DNA of 30,343 nt from an uncultured bacterium (GCA_964558435.1 CAZLDZ010000001.1:1-30343); one strand, 5' to 3'. Numbered from the stretch's first letter, positions 18,024 to 26,379 are shown. Made by a program: numbers and translations. The notes: generated from the sequence alone by a model not told the origin.

Positions 18024-18665
18024 TTATTCTTCGGAATGACTTAATAGATCACAATGCCTAACTAGCACATCTCGAAGGACTTCGAGAGGCCTTTGGTCAG
18101 CATTGAAACGGGAAATGAGCCGTGACGGGTAGTGTTCTAAAAGCTTAGATGTCTCTTTTTCATAGACTTGCATCCGGGTGAGCAGGACCTTATCGTCGGC
18201 ATCATCCATCCGCCGTTCAATGACCGCCCGCCGCTGCATGCGTTTAATCAGAGCATCGTAGTTTCTAGTATCTAAGACAATGATATGCAAGATCTTAAGG
18301 AAAGGGTCAAAAAGCTCCGCCTGTTTAAGGGTCCGTGGGACCCCATCCAAAAGCAAAAACTGCTGGTGGGGAAAGTAACGATTGGTGGCAATGAGCCCCC
18401 CCACATAGTGGCGCCAGATCTGCAGCGTCACCTCATCCGGAACCAAATGCCCCTTCCCCGCATAAGCATGGAAAAGCCTGCCCGCCGGCGACTCGGGCGA
18501 AAGCCCCCGAAAAATGTCCCCCGACGAAAGGTGAAAATGGTTCCCCTCACTACTTAAAAACTTGCCCAGCGTCCCCTTCCCCGCCCCCGGCGGCCCAAAG
18601 ATCAAAATGCTGCGAAAAGGCGGATGGTTTTCTTCAATGAGCGGAGCTTCCATAAGACCCATCAT
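18024..18665 (-). CDS. adk: Adenylate kinase, short-LID type (start uncertain: 18653/18662/18665/18683)
   Basis: ILIFGPPGAGKGT P-loop, HLSSGDIFR, GHLVPDEV, FLLLDGVPRT, RRMDD. Confidence 0.93.
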   Translation of the reverse strand: MMGLMEAPLIEENHPPFRSILIFGPPGAGKGTLGKFLSSEGNHFHLSSGDIFRGLSPESPAGRLFHAYAGKGHLVPDEVTLQIWRHYVGGLIATNRYFPHQQFLLLDGVPRTLKQAELFDPFLKILHIIVLDTRNYDALIKRMQRRAVIERRMDDADDKVLLTRMQVYEKETSKLLEHYPSRLISRFNADQRPLEVLRDVLVRHCDLLSHSEE

Positions 18666-18744
18666 TGAACGCTTTTTGCCCATTTCTGTAAAGCTGCACA
18701 CATAACACGTTAACAATCAGTAACTTATTACTTAAAATAAAAAC

Positions 18745-18773
18745 TTGAAATAAACAACTCGTTAATATATAAT
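18745..18773 (+). promoter_or_regulatory. Sigma66/sigma70 promoter
   Basis: TTGAAA-N17-TATAAT, followed by an AGAGG SD before ATG 18805. Confidence 0.75.
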
Positions 18774-18804
18774 ATTTTTTAAATTAGCATAAAAAGAGGC
18801 AATT

Positions 18805-19755
18805 ATGACTACAAAAACTATAACAATTGATTACGGAAGATGTCTTCAACTTGAAATTGAAGTCACCGGCGCATCGCACGATCTCGATGACAGAATGCAC
18901 GCTGCCGCAAAAAAAGCGTTTATTGCACTTGCTAAAGCTCATATGGTAACCCAAGTAACAGGACACCTTCAGGCTGGAGCAGAAGCAAGCGAAGCTGGTT
19001 TTAAATTTGAGGCTTCCTCAAGCTTTCAAGCCCACAAAGGTGACGCCTTAAAAGCTTGGCAAGCCTTTAAAAATATTTGCCTTGGCACCGATTCAGAAGG
19101 TGCAAGCCCAGCCCCCTCGCGCTCAGCCTCGCCCGCGTCTCACCCGCAAATCGAAGAAATGCCCTCAGATGGCGAAGAAGGAGAAGATGAAGGTGACCCC
19201 GCAAGTCCTGTTCCCTCACGCCCCATCTCGCCAACGCCTGAAGCACCAGCCCAAGAACTACCCTCAGACGACGAAACAGACCTAGCAAGTCCGCTTCCAA
19301 GCCCACGTCGAGCTTCACGCTCGGGGAGAGTCTCGCCTGTTGTAGATGCACCTGTGGAAGCCGTCGACCTAGAATCGGATGTAGGTACCGCGCTCCCACT
19401 TCCGGCACGTGAAGTTGCACTGCAACCCAGCTCCCCAGTACACGCTGGCATTTTAGCGCGCTTGAAAAAGGCAAATTCTGTGCCTCTGACCAGATATGAA
19501 CACCTTAAGCAAAGGTATTACCAGCCTATCCTTAGCTGGATGCCATGGACTCCAACCTTGGAAGATTGCATTAAAAAGGCCGCAGGAAGAGATAAGGCCC
19601 ATTTAGAAAAGCTGCAAGAGGACTATAAAGCCTACCTAAAGAGCGTAGAAGAGCAAAACCGCTCACGAACAAATAAATTTTATATATATTCTTTCAGAGA
19701 ATCTTTAACGGAAGCAATGCTAACGTACGAACAATCAGAAGCTTACAGAAAATAA
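18805..19755 (+). CDS. Hypothetical protein with Ser/Pro/acidic repeat region; putative effector
   Basis: 316 aa; consensus promoter and SD; three ASPxPS repeats. Confidence 0.8.
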   Translation: MTTKTITIDYGRCLQLEIEVTGASHDLDDRMHAAAKKAFIALAKAHMVTQVTGHLQAGAEASEAGFKFEASSSFQAHKGDALKAWQAFKNICLGTDSEGASPAPSRSASPASHPQIEEMPSDGEEGEDEGDPASPVPSRPISPTPEAPAQELPSDDETDLASPLPSPRRASRSGRVSPVVDAPVEAVDLESDVGTALPLPAREVALQPSSPVHAGILARLKKANSVPLTRYEHLKQRYYQPILSWMPWTPTLEDCIKKAAGRDKAHLEKLQEDYKAYLKSVEEQNRSRTNKFYIYSFRESLTEAMLTYEQSEAYRK

Positions 19756-19873
19756 AACAAAATTATTTACTTTTAATAATAAAAATATATATAATCTAAC
19801 CAACTTTAACAGAAAAACAAAAACTCTGTTAAGTAATAAAAATAAACAACACTTTTAAAAGGAGTTTTTAATT

Positions 19874-20968
19874 ATGTCAGGTAAATTAATATTAGACGCA
19901 GCTGGAGTATCTTTACCCCTAGCAGCACCAACAAGTTCAGCATCTGCTGCAGCTGAAAGCCCAAAGCTCAGCAAATGCAAAACATTGCAAAATGCTGTTT
20001 CAGCTATCCCTTCAAGAGTAGCAGCTTTTGATAAAAGCGCTCAAGAAGCAGTGAGCTGCTTTGGTCGTGAAACCATCACGAAGTTCTGGGAAAATCTTCC
20101 TAAAAATCTCGAGATCGGCTTCTCAAGAGTGACAAGCGGCCTCGGAGAGGTTAACGAAGAAGATAATACACGTTCATTCATCGAATTTTCACGCATTTTG
20201 GCCCCAGCAGCTATCGCTGACCGCCTTAGCTACATCCCTCTGCAACTCATGAACTTTATAGATGGATTGTGCTTTAAAAGAGGTGGACTCGGTCTAGATT
20301 TCTTGGCTAGGTTTCTCCGTGCTGACGGAATTACCCATGCTGGAATGTCAATAGTTCGAGCTATTTTTCTTTTAGCGTGTCTTATTGTTCGCGCAGTAAC
20401 ATTTGGAGTGATTGCTGCAGGTCTCTACATAGCAGCTACCCCATTTATCATTGTATTTGGGTTCTTAGTCGGTTGCTACAAAATTGTTAAAGCAGCACAG
20501 AGATACTTCGGAAACCACGAACTTCTCGAGCAGCTTTCTATGATTGCTGCACAGCAACAAGGCTTTGATGCTGACCATATGGCAGTCATTGCACAGTTTG
20601 CAGAAAGTGGCCAAAAACGTCTCAGAGCTAAATTGGATGCAGAAATTGCCCAAGCTGAGAAAGAAGAGCACGCTGCCCAGTTAAAAGCTGAGAAAGCTGA
20701 GCAAGCTGCTAAGCAAAAAGCTGAGCAAGCTAATCAGCCTGGCATTGGCGCAAGAGTCTCTGAATTCTTCTCTGGTCTCTTTGCAAGCAAAAAAGATGCT
20801 CCTAAAGCTTCTTTGAGCATAGTAGACATGCAGGATGTTCCTTCACGTCCTCATCTTCTTGAGCTTCCAGCTGATTCCGGCACAGGAACTGGTGTTTTAC
20901 CACCTGGTTCTGGTGACCGTGAAAGCAAAAGAAGCGGACCGCAGATTGGTGACGTTGGCGTCATCTAA
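19874..20968 (+). CDS. Inc-like protein (bilobed hydrophobic domain plus coiled coil)
   Basis: AAAGGAG SD; Ser/Ala-rich N-terminus; about 48-residue hydrophobic stretch GMSIVRAIFLLACLIV...FIIVFGFLVGC; then an AEK/AEQ-rich coiled coil. Confidence 0.8.
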   Translation: MSGKLILDAAGVSLPLAAPTSSASAAAESPKLSKCKTLQNAVSAIPSRVAAFDKSAQEAVSCFGRETITKFWENLPKNLEIGFSRVTSGLGEVNEEDNTRSFIEFSRILAPAAIADRLSYIPLQLMNFIDGLCFKRGGLGLDFLARFLRADGITHAGMSIVRAIFLLACLIVRAVTFGVIAAGLYIAATPFIIVFGFLVGCYKIVKAAQRYFGNHELLEQLSMIAAQQQGFDADHMAVIAQFAESGQKRLRAKLDAEIAQAEKEEHAAQLKAEKAEQAAKQKAEQANQPGIGARVSEFFSGLFASKKDAPKASLSIVDMQDVPSRPHLLELPADSGTGTGVLPPGSGDRESKRSGPQIGDVGVI

Positions 20969-20997
20969 TCCCACCTGCCGCTAGGCAGTAAGGATCG

Positions 20998-21032
20998 AAT
21001 GGCCATATTCGAAAGAATATGGCCATTTTTTT
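20998..21032 (+). terminator. Intrinsic terminator
   Basis: aatggccatattc-GAAA-gaatatggccatt stem (13 bp) followed by a T-run. Confidence 0.9.
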
Positions 21033-21033
21033 A

Positions 21034-21062
21034 TTGATTTAAATAATTATTATTGTTATAAT
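21034..21062 (+). promoter_or_regulatory. Sigma66/sigma70 promoter
   Basis: TTGATT-N17-TATAAT; ATG at 21075 implies a leader of about 6 nt without SD. Confidence 0.72.
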
Positions 21063-21074
21063 TAATTATTAATT

Positions 21075-22355
21075 ATGTCATATATTACTGAAGCAAATAG
21101 ATTATATCAGAAGCTGACGGAAGAATTGGTCGCTGTGCAAGCCAAGCGCGCCGATGATGGGATGCGCTATGCTTTGGACGGACAGGGCAAGCTCCGCTTG
21201 GAGCGGGTTCCTGAGAGCATTTGGGAGCGTTTCTGCGATTTCATTGATCGGCTTTGTTACGATCGTGAATTTCCCCTTCTGTGGAAGTTTAAAGAGATCG
21301 ACCTGAAGGTGAATGCCTATCTTGATTGTGAGACAGACCGGGCCCGGCTTGAGCAATTTTTACTGAACACCCATTCTTTAAATGAAATCTATTTAAATGC
21401 GGCGCATCTGCAGAAAAAGGCGGGCGTGAAGCGTTTGGTGATGGAGCCATCTAAAAGGGCTCAAGAGCTGATTTTAACGCCCCCTCATCGCAGACATCCG
21501 GACACCTATGCGGCACGAGCGCACATTCATCTTGCGCATGAGATTGAGGGTTCAGAGGTCCATTTTATGCTACACAATCGAGACCTCAACTGGGACGAGA
21601 ATCTGGGAGCCCCGAAAAACAAGACAGGATTTCTCTCGCTTACGCATGATTTTTCAGACACAACAACGATTTCTGCGTGTGCCAAACAGACACAAACAAT
21701 TCCCGCACATCAATACCATTTAACTGCCGAAATCGATGCTGTGGGCGGAATGACATTCAAAGAACAGGGCTTGTCGGAAGGCCCAAACATAACTCTAAAG
21801 AACACAGGATCAAGATATGTTGTGGTGCGTCTAAAAAATAGTGAAAATGAGAAAGATTTTATGGTTTATTCTCTCCCCCCCCACCAGCCGCGCGAGGTGG
21901 ATTTAGACCATTACGATACGATTGAGACTGTTGTGGAATTGGACGAGGAGTCTCTTCCTCTGTGTTTCAAAGCGGGGCGCTACAGCTGCTCTGTCAAGAG
22001 CGATGGAACTTTAACAACAGACGCCTGCCCGAAATATCGGGTGGAAACAGAAGCTACTGTTTCCCTCGACAGCCGCATATCGATCAAAAACCCTTCCTTT
22101 GAAGATGCGGTCATTTTCCCAACCTTGATTGGGAAAAAGGTATCTGTTGAGTTGCTCGAAACCTCAATCCCTCCAGGCTTCCTCGGCTCTTTAAGACAAA
22201 AAGCTCTTCTTGCTTCTGAAAATGCCAAGGCGCAAGCAGCGATACAGAAGGTGACTAGAGAAAAGGATGCCCAAATACGCCTAGCCTTTGAAAGCTTCTT
22301 GGGAATCCGCGTGATGGTCCCCGTGCTTCTTCATCGACAACTGTCTTTAGTTTAA
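21075..22355 (+). CDS. Hypothetical protein of unknown function
   Basis: 426-aa ORF with its own consensus promoter; helical N-terminus and beta-rich middle. Confidence 0.8.
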   Translation: MSYITEANRLYQKLTEELVAVQAKRADDGMRYALDGQGKLRLERVPESIWERFCDFIDRLCYDREFPLLWKFKEIDLKVNAYLDCETDRARLEQFLLNTHSLNEIYLNAAHLQKKAGVKRLVMEPSKRAQELILTPPHRRHPDTYAARAHIHLAHEIEGSEVHFMLHNRDLNWDENLGAPKNKTGFLSLTHDFSDTTTISACAKQTQTIPAHQYHLTAEIDAVGGMTFKEQGLSEGPNITLKNTGSRYVVVRLKNSENEKDFMVYSLPPHQPREVDLDHYDTIETVVELDEESLPLCFKAGRYSCSVKSDGTLTTDACPKYRVETEATVSLDSRISIKNPSFEDAVIFPTLIGKKVSVELLETSIPPGFLGSLRQKALLASENAKAQAAIQKVTREKDAQIRLAFESFLGIRVMVPVLLHRQLSLV

Positions 22356-22388
22356 AAACGAGTTCGTCAAAAGAATTAAGATTTTTTT

Positions 22389-22856
22389 ACCACAGAGACA
22401 AGAACCACAGAGAAAAATCATATTTTCAACCGACGCATGCCATCTCTCAAGGATTTTACATTAAAATTAATCAATAGACCAATTTTACAATTAGATAACT
22501 TTAAATAAGAAAGCAGCTGCGCATCATATATCTTTGAAAATCCAGAAACCGATTTAATTTCTATAATAACTTTACCTTCAACAACTAAATCAAGACGATA
22601 CCCACAATCGAGCATGACATCTTTGTAAAAAACTGGCAAAGGCTTTTGAGACTCCACAAATAAATTTCTTAACTTTAATTCATAAACCAAACAAGCTTCA
22701 TAAGCTGATTCTAAAAGCCCTGGACCTAATTCACGGTGCACTTCAATGGCTGCCCCGAGAATGTTTCCTGTTAAACTGTTACATTCTTCTATTTGTGTTG
22801 AAATATTTATTCTTCCTGCAGCCGCAGGCTGCCTCTGTGGTTCTTATCTCTGTGGT
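22389..22856. mobile_element. 468-bp unit: GxxExxY gene enclosed by 24-bp inverted repeats
   Basis: accacagagacaagaaccacagag (22389-22412) versus ctctgtggttcttatctctgtggt (22833-22856), 23/24 complementary; AT-rich interior. Mobility is inferred. Confidence 0.65.
22418..22741 (-). CDS. GxxExxY protein (PD-(D/E)XK nuclease superfamily); homology extends upstream to about 22790-22810
   Basis: LTGNILGAAIEVHRELGPGLLESAYEACL...YRLDLVVEGKVIIEIKSV...AQLLSYLKLSNCKIGLLINF. The frame is open up to 22843, but there is no ATG/GTG/TTG upstream of GTG 22741. Confidence 0.9.
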   Translation of the reverse strand: MHRELGPGLLESAYEACLVYELKLRNLFVESQKPLPVFYKDVMLDCGYRLDLVVEGKVIIEIKSVSGFSKIYDAQLLSYLKLSNCKIGLLINFNVKSLRDGMRRLKI

Positions 22857-22964
22857 TTCTCTTCTAAAAAACATTTAGCATCCAAATTTACGCAATGTTA
22901 AAATTTTAGTCTATAAAACGCCCACCTTCCCTTTATATGTGGGGGTGTGGTAGAGTTTGCCTTC

Positions 22965-23228
22965 ATGGCAAAACTCATCTTTAATCCGACAGGCGAAGAA
23001 AAGACCTTGGAAGACGGCTCTCCGATCCAGGAGGCGTGTGAAGAGGCGGGCGTTCCTTTTGCATGTACGGAAGGGGTGTGTGGCACGTGCGTGATCGAAG
23101 TGGAAGAGGGCATGCAAAATCTTTCGGAATTCACTCAAGAGGAAAAAGACTTTCTCGGCGACTTCAAAAATGAACGATTGGCTTGTCAATGCAAGATCCG
23201 CGGGGGCTGCGTAAAAATTAACTTTTAG
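22965..23228 (+). CDS. fdx: [2Fe-2S] ferredoxin
   Basis: GVPFACTEGVCGTC...RLACQC (CX4CX2C...C); likely start ATG 22965. Confidence 0.93.
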   Translation: MAKLIFNPTGEEKTLEDGSPIQEACEEAGVPFACTEGVCGTCVIEVEEGMQNLSEFTQEEKDFLGDFKNERLACQCKIRGGCVKINF

Positions 23229-23236
23229 GAGAATTC

Positions 23237-23803
23237 ATGGAGACGCAAGAAAAGATTCGAAGAGATATGACGATTGAAGAGATTCTGGGGGGCTTTCCGC
23301 AGAAGAGCCAGAAACTGGCGCAGGAAATCACCAATGCGGGTTTGCACTGTGTCGGGTGCCAGGCATCGACGTGGGAGACGCTGGAGGCGGGCATGCTGGG
23401 ACACGGCTTTCCTGAGGAAGAAATTGATGAGCTGGTGCGCCGTTTAAACGCAGTATTAGCGGAGCCTGTGGACACATCGACAATCCAGATGACGAAGCGT
23501 GCTGCAGAAAAATATCAGAGCATTTTGAAGGATGAAGGCCACGAAGGTTGGGGCCTGCGTTTTGGCGACAAAGCGGCGGGCTGCTCCGGTTTTGAGTATG
23601 TGCTCGATTATTCGGAAAAAGCGAGCGCAAACGATCAGGTGTTTTCTTCGCATGGTGTCGAGATCCATGTCGATCGCAAAATTGTCTCAAGACTTTTAGG
23701 TTCTGAAATCGACTATGTCGACGGCTTGCACGGTTCGGGCTTTAAAATCACAAACCCGAATGCAAAAGGCTCCTGCGGCTGCGGCAAATCCCAAAGCTAC
23801 TAA
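23237..23803 (+). CDS. DUF1858 domain fused to an A-type Fe-S carrier (IscA/HesB family)
   Basis: N-terminal DMTIEEIL...GLHCVGC...ETLEAG...HG (DUF1858); C-terminal GCSGFEY...NPNAKGSCGCGKS (A-type carrier). Confidence 0.9.
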   Translation: METQEKIRRDMTIEEILGGFPQKSQKLAQEITNAGLHCVGCQASTWETLEAGMLGHGFPEEEIDELVRRLNAVLAEPVDTSTIQMTKRAAEKYQSILKDEGHEGWGLRFGDKAAGCSGFEYVLDYSEKASANDQVFSSHGVEIHVDRKIVSRLLGSEIDYVDGLHGSGFKITNPNAKGSCGCGKSQSY

Positions 23804-23832
23804 TTTTATTAGCCACCAGAGAAAGAAAAAAT

Positions 23833-23943
23833 AACACGATCGGCTTCGCCGGCACGATCGCTGCTAGCGCAGCGGCAGGATGAGGAAAAATCATCGTGCC
23901 CGCTCCGTCAGGAGCGGATCGTGCCGGCGAAGCCGATCGTGTT
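23833..23943. repeat. 111-bp multi-branched palindrome (27-bp outer stem enclosing three hairpins)
   Basis: aacacgatcggcttcgccggcacgatc (23833-23859) is perfectly complementary to 23917-23943; internal hairpins at 23860-23873, 23874-23900 and 23901-23916. Confidence 0.92.
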
Positions 23944-23973
23944 CATCTTGTTTTCTCTTATTTTTTAGTTTGT

Positions 23974-24003
23974 TTGCATTAATTCTCTGATACTCTCTAT
24001 ACT
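23974..24003 (+). promoter_or_regulatory. Putative bamA operon promoter
   Basis: TTGCAT-N18-TATACT, 15 nt upstream of ATG 24019. Confidence 0.5.
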
Positions 24004-24018
24004 TGGCAAACATTTTGT

Positions 24019-26379
24019 ATGGGAAAATCCTCGATCCGCTGGTTTTCTATTTTCTTCTTCACGTGTGCTCCCATTGCGCAGCTGCCTGTGCATGCGGCGC
24101 CGGTGGAGGCGTATGAAGAGCGGCCGGTGGCGAAGATCGATGCCATTCTTGAGAACCCACCTCCGCACTACACGTTTGATTCCAAAACAGTTGTTTCAAA
24201 AATGAAGACGAAGATTGGGGATCCTTTTTCCCAATCCATTTTTGATGCGGATTTGAAAGCGCTATCAGAAGAATACGACAGAATTGAGCCGTCAGTCGAG
24301 GTCATGAATGGGGAAATTTACATCACGGTGAAGTTGTGGCCAAGGCCCCAGATTCGCGCAATCAAGTGGGTGGGAAACCAACATCTCAAAACGAAAGCTC
24401 TGAGAAAAGAGCTCGGGATTAAACCGTCATCGACTTTTAACCGTCCTGCATTCAACAAGGCTTTTAACAAAGTCAAAGCGCTCTACATCAAAAAGGGCTA
24501 TTTTGAATCGCAACTGAGCTACCGCGTAATTCCCGATCCCAAAACCAATGAAGTGGAGATTGAAATCGAAGTGCACGAGGGGCGTTCGGGCAAAATTTCC
24601 GACATTGAATTTAAGGGATTTTCTTCGAGTGAAAAAAGCGATCTTCTGGAGATGATCCGCACAAAAAAATACAATCTTCTGACGAGCTGGTTTTTTGGGA
24701 CAGGGATCTACAACGAAGAAATGCTCGAGCAAGACAACTTGATCATCTCAGAGTATCTGCAGAATCGAGGCTACGCGGACGCCAAAGTCGATGTGCAAAT
24801 TTTAGAGGCTCCCACGCAGGGAAAAATCATCATCGAGATCACAGCTGAGCACGGACCGATTTTCCATTTTGGCGAAGTGACTTTTGAAGGAAATACTCTG
24901 TTTACAGATGAGGAGATTGAAAAACGTTTTCTTGTGCACCCTGAGCAGCACTATTCTCCCGAAAATCTGCGCGAGACGGCGCAAGCGATTAAAGATTTGT
25001 ACGGACGAAAAGGCTACATCGAAGCAAGCGTGCAGTACGACACGCAACTTGTGGAAAATGAGCCGATCTACAACGTGCACTTTAAAATCGAAGAGGGAGA
25101 GCAGTACAAGATCGGCATGATCCGCGTGATCGGAAACGTCCAGACACAGGCGCGTGTGGTTTTGCATGAGTCGCTCTTAATCCCCGGTGAGACTTTTGAT
25201 TCGGCAAAACTCAAGGCTACGCAGACCCGCTTAGAAAGCATGGGGTATTTTAAAAAAGTGAACGTCTACGCGGTGCGCACCCAAGACGACCAATCTCTTG
25301 GCGAAAATTACCGCGATGTCTTCATTGAAGTCGAAGAAGCCCACACGGGAAATGTCAGCCTTTTTGCAGGGTTTAGCTCAGCGGACAATATTTTCGGGGG
25401 GCTTGATATCTCTGAAAACAACTTCAACTACAAAGGACTTTTCCAAATCTTTAGTAAAGGGGTCGCTGCAGTACGCGGGGGCGGCGAATACGCCCACGCT
25501 CGTTTAAACTTCGGTGCCAAACAAAGAACCTACACTCTCTCTTGGCTGACCCCGTACTTTAAAGATACGCTCTGGCGCGTGGGTTTTACAGGTGAACAGG
25601 GCATTAGTAGTTTGCAGTCGGACGATTATGAGATCTGGACGCTGGGGGCTACTTTCTACGCTTCTTACCCACTGACCCCCTACTGGACATTTGGAACCAA
25701 ATACCGAATCAAAGACGCAAATATCCACATCTCAGGCAAGGTGAGCCAAGCCGAACGTCAGCAAGAGCAAAACAGCGGCCTAATCTCTGCAGCTTCGGTG
25801 TCGATGAATTACGATTCGACCGACAGCGCGCTAAAACCCCATCGAGGCCTGCGTTCCTTTATTGAGGGGGAATTTGCGGGGGTGGGCGGTGATTTTAGCT
25901 TCTTGCGCCTCGGTTACATCAACAGTTACTACCAGCCTCTTTGGTCACGCGGCGTTCTGAAATACCGCTGGGAGTTCCGCTTCATCCAGCCGATTCTGTG
26001 GACCCCGAAGTCTAAAGACATTCCTTTAAGTGAACGCTTCTTCCTCGGCGGAGAAAACTCTGTACGCGGTTACGTCCCCTTCGATTTGGGTCCCCACTTC
26101 CCCGGCGGTGATCCCACAGGGGGCATCTCCTCTACACTCTTTTCTTTAGAGTACCTGCAAGAAATTTTTAGTTTTATGGATGTATTTGTATTTATCGATG
26201 CCGGTTCGGTATCCTTAAATCGATTTGAATTTGGACCCTACAATATGAGCTATGGTATCGGCAGCAGGCTTTCTCTCTTGAACCGCGTTCCGTTCACCTT
26301 GGGTTACGGGATTCCTGTGAACCCCGATTTCCATGGTCAAGTCAGAAACTTTTTCTTCCAGATGGGAGGACAATTTTAA
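24019..26379 (+). CDS. bamA: Outer membrane protein assembly factor BamA
   Basis: POTRA repeats, ERFFLGGENSVRGY, FIDAG, C-terminal FFFQMGGQF; followed by skp-lpxD. Confidence 0.96.
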   Translation: MGKSSIRWFSIFFFTCAPIAQLPVHAAPVEAYEERPVAKIDAILENPPPHYTFDSKTVVSKMKTKIGDPFSQSIFDADLKALSEEYDRIEPSVEVMNGEIYITVKLWPRPQIRAIKWVGNQHLKTKALRKELGIKPSSTFNRPAFNKAFNKVKALYIKKGYFESQLSYRVIPDPKTNEVEIEIEVHEGRSGKISDIEFKGFSSSEKSDLLEMIRTKKYNLLTSWFFGTGIYNEEMLEQDNLIISEYLQNRGYADAKVDVQILEAPTQGKIIIEITAEHGPIFHFGEVTFEGNTLFTDEEIEKRFLVHPEQHYSPENLRETAQAIKDLYGRKGYIEASVQYDTQLVENEPIYNVHFKIEEGEQYKIGMIRVIGNVQTQARVVLHESLLIPGETFDSAKLKATQTRLESMGYFKKVNVYAVRTQDDQSLGENYRDVFIEVEEAHTGNVSLFAGFSSADNIFGGLDISENNFNYKGLFQIFSKGVAAVRGGGEYAHARLNFGAKQRTYTLSWLTPYFKDTLWRVGFTGEQGISSLQSDDYEIWTLGATFYASYPLTPYWTFGTKYRIKDANIHISGKVSQAERQQEQNSGLISAASVSMNYDSTDSALKPHRGLRSFIEGEFAGVGGDFSFLRLGYINSYYQPLWSRGVLKYRWEFRFIQPILWTPKSKDIPLSERFFLGGENSVRGYVPFDLGPHFPGGDPTGGISSTLFSLEYLQEIFSFMDVFVFIDAGSVSLNRFEFGPYNMSYGIGSRLSLLNRVPFTLGYGIPVNPDFHGQVRNFFFQMGGQF

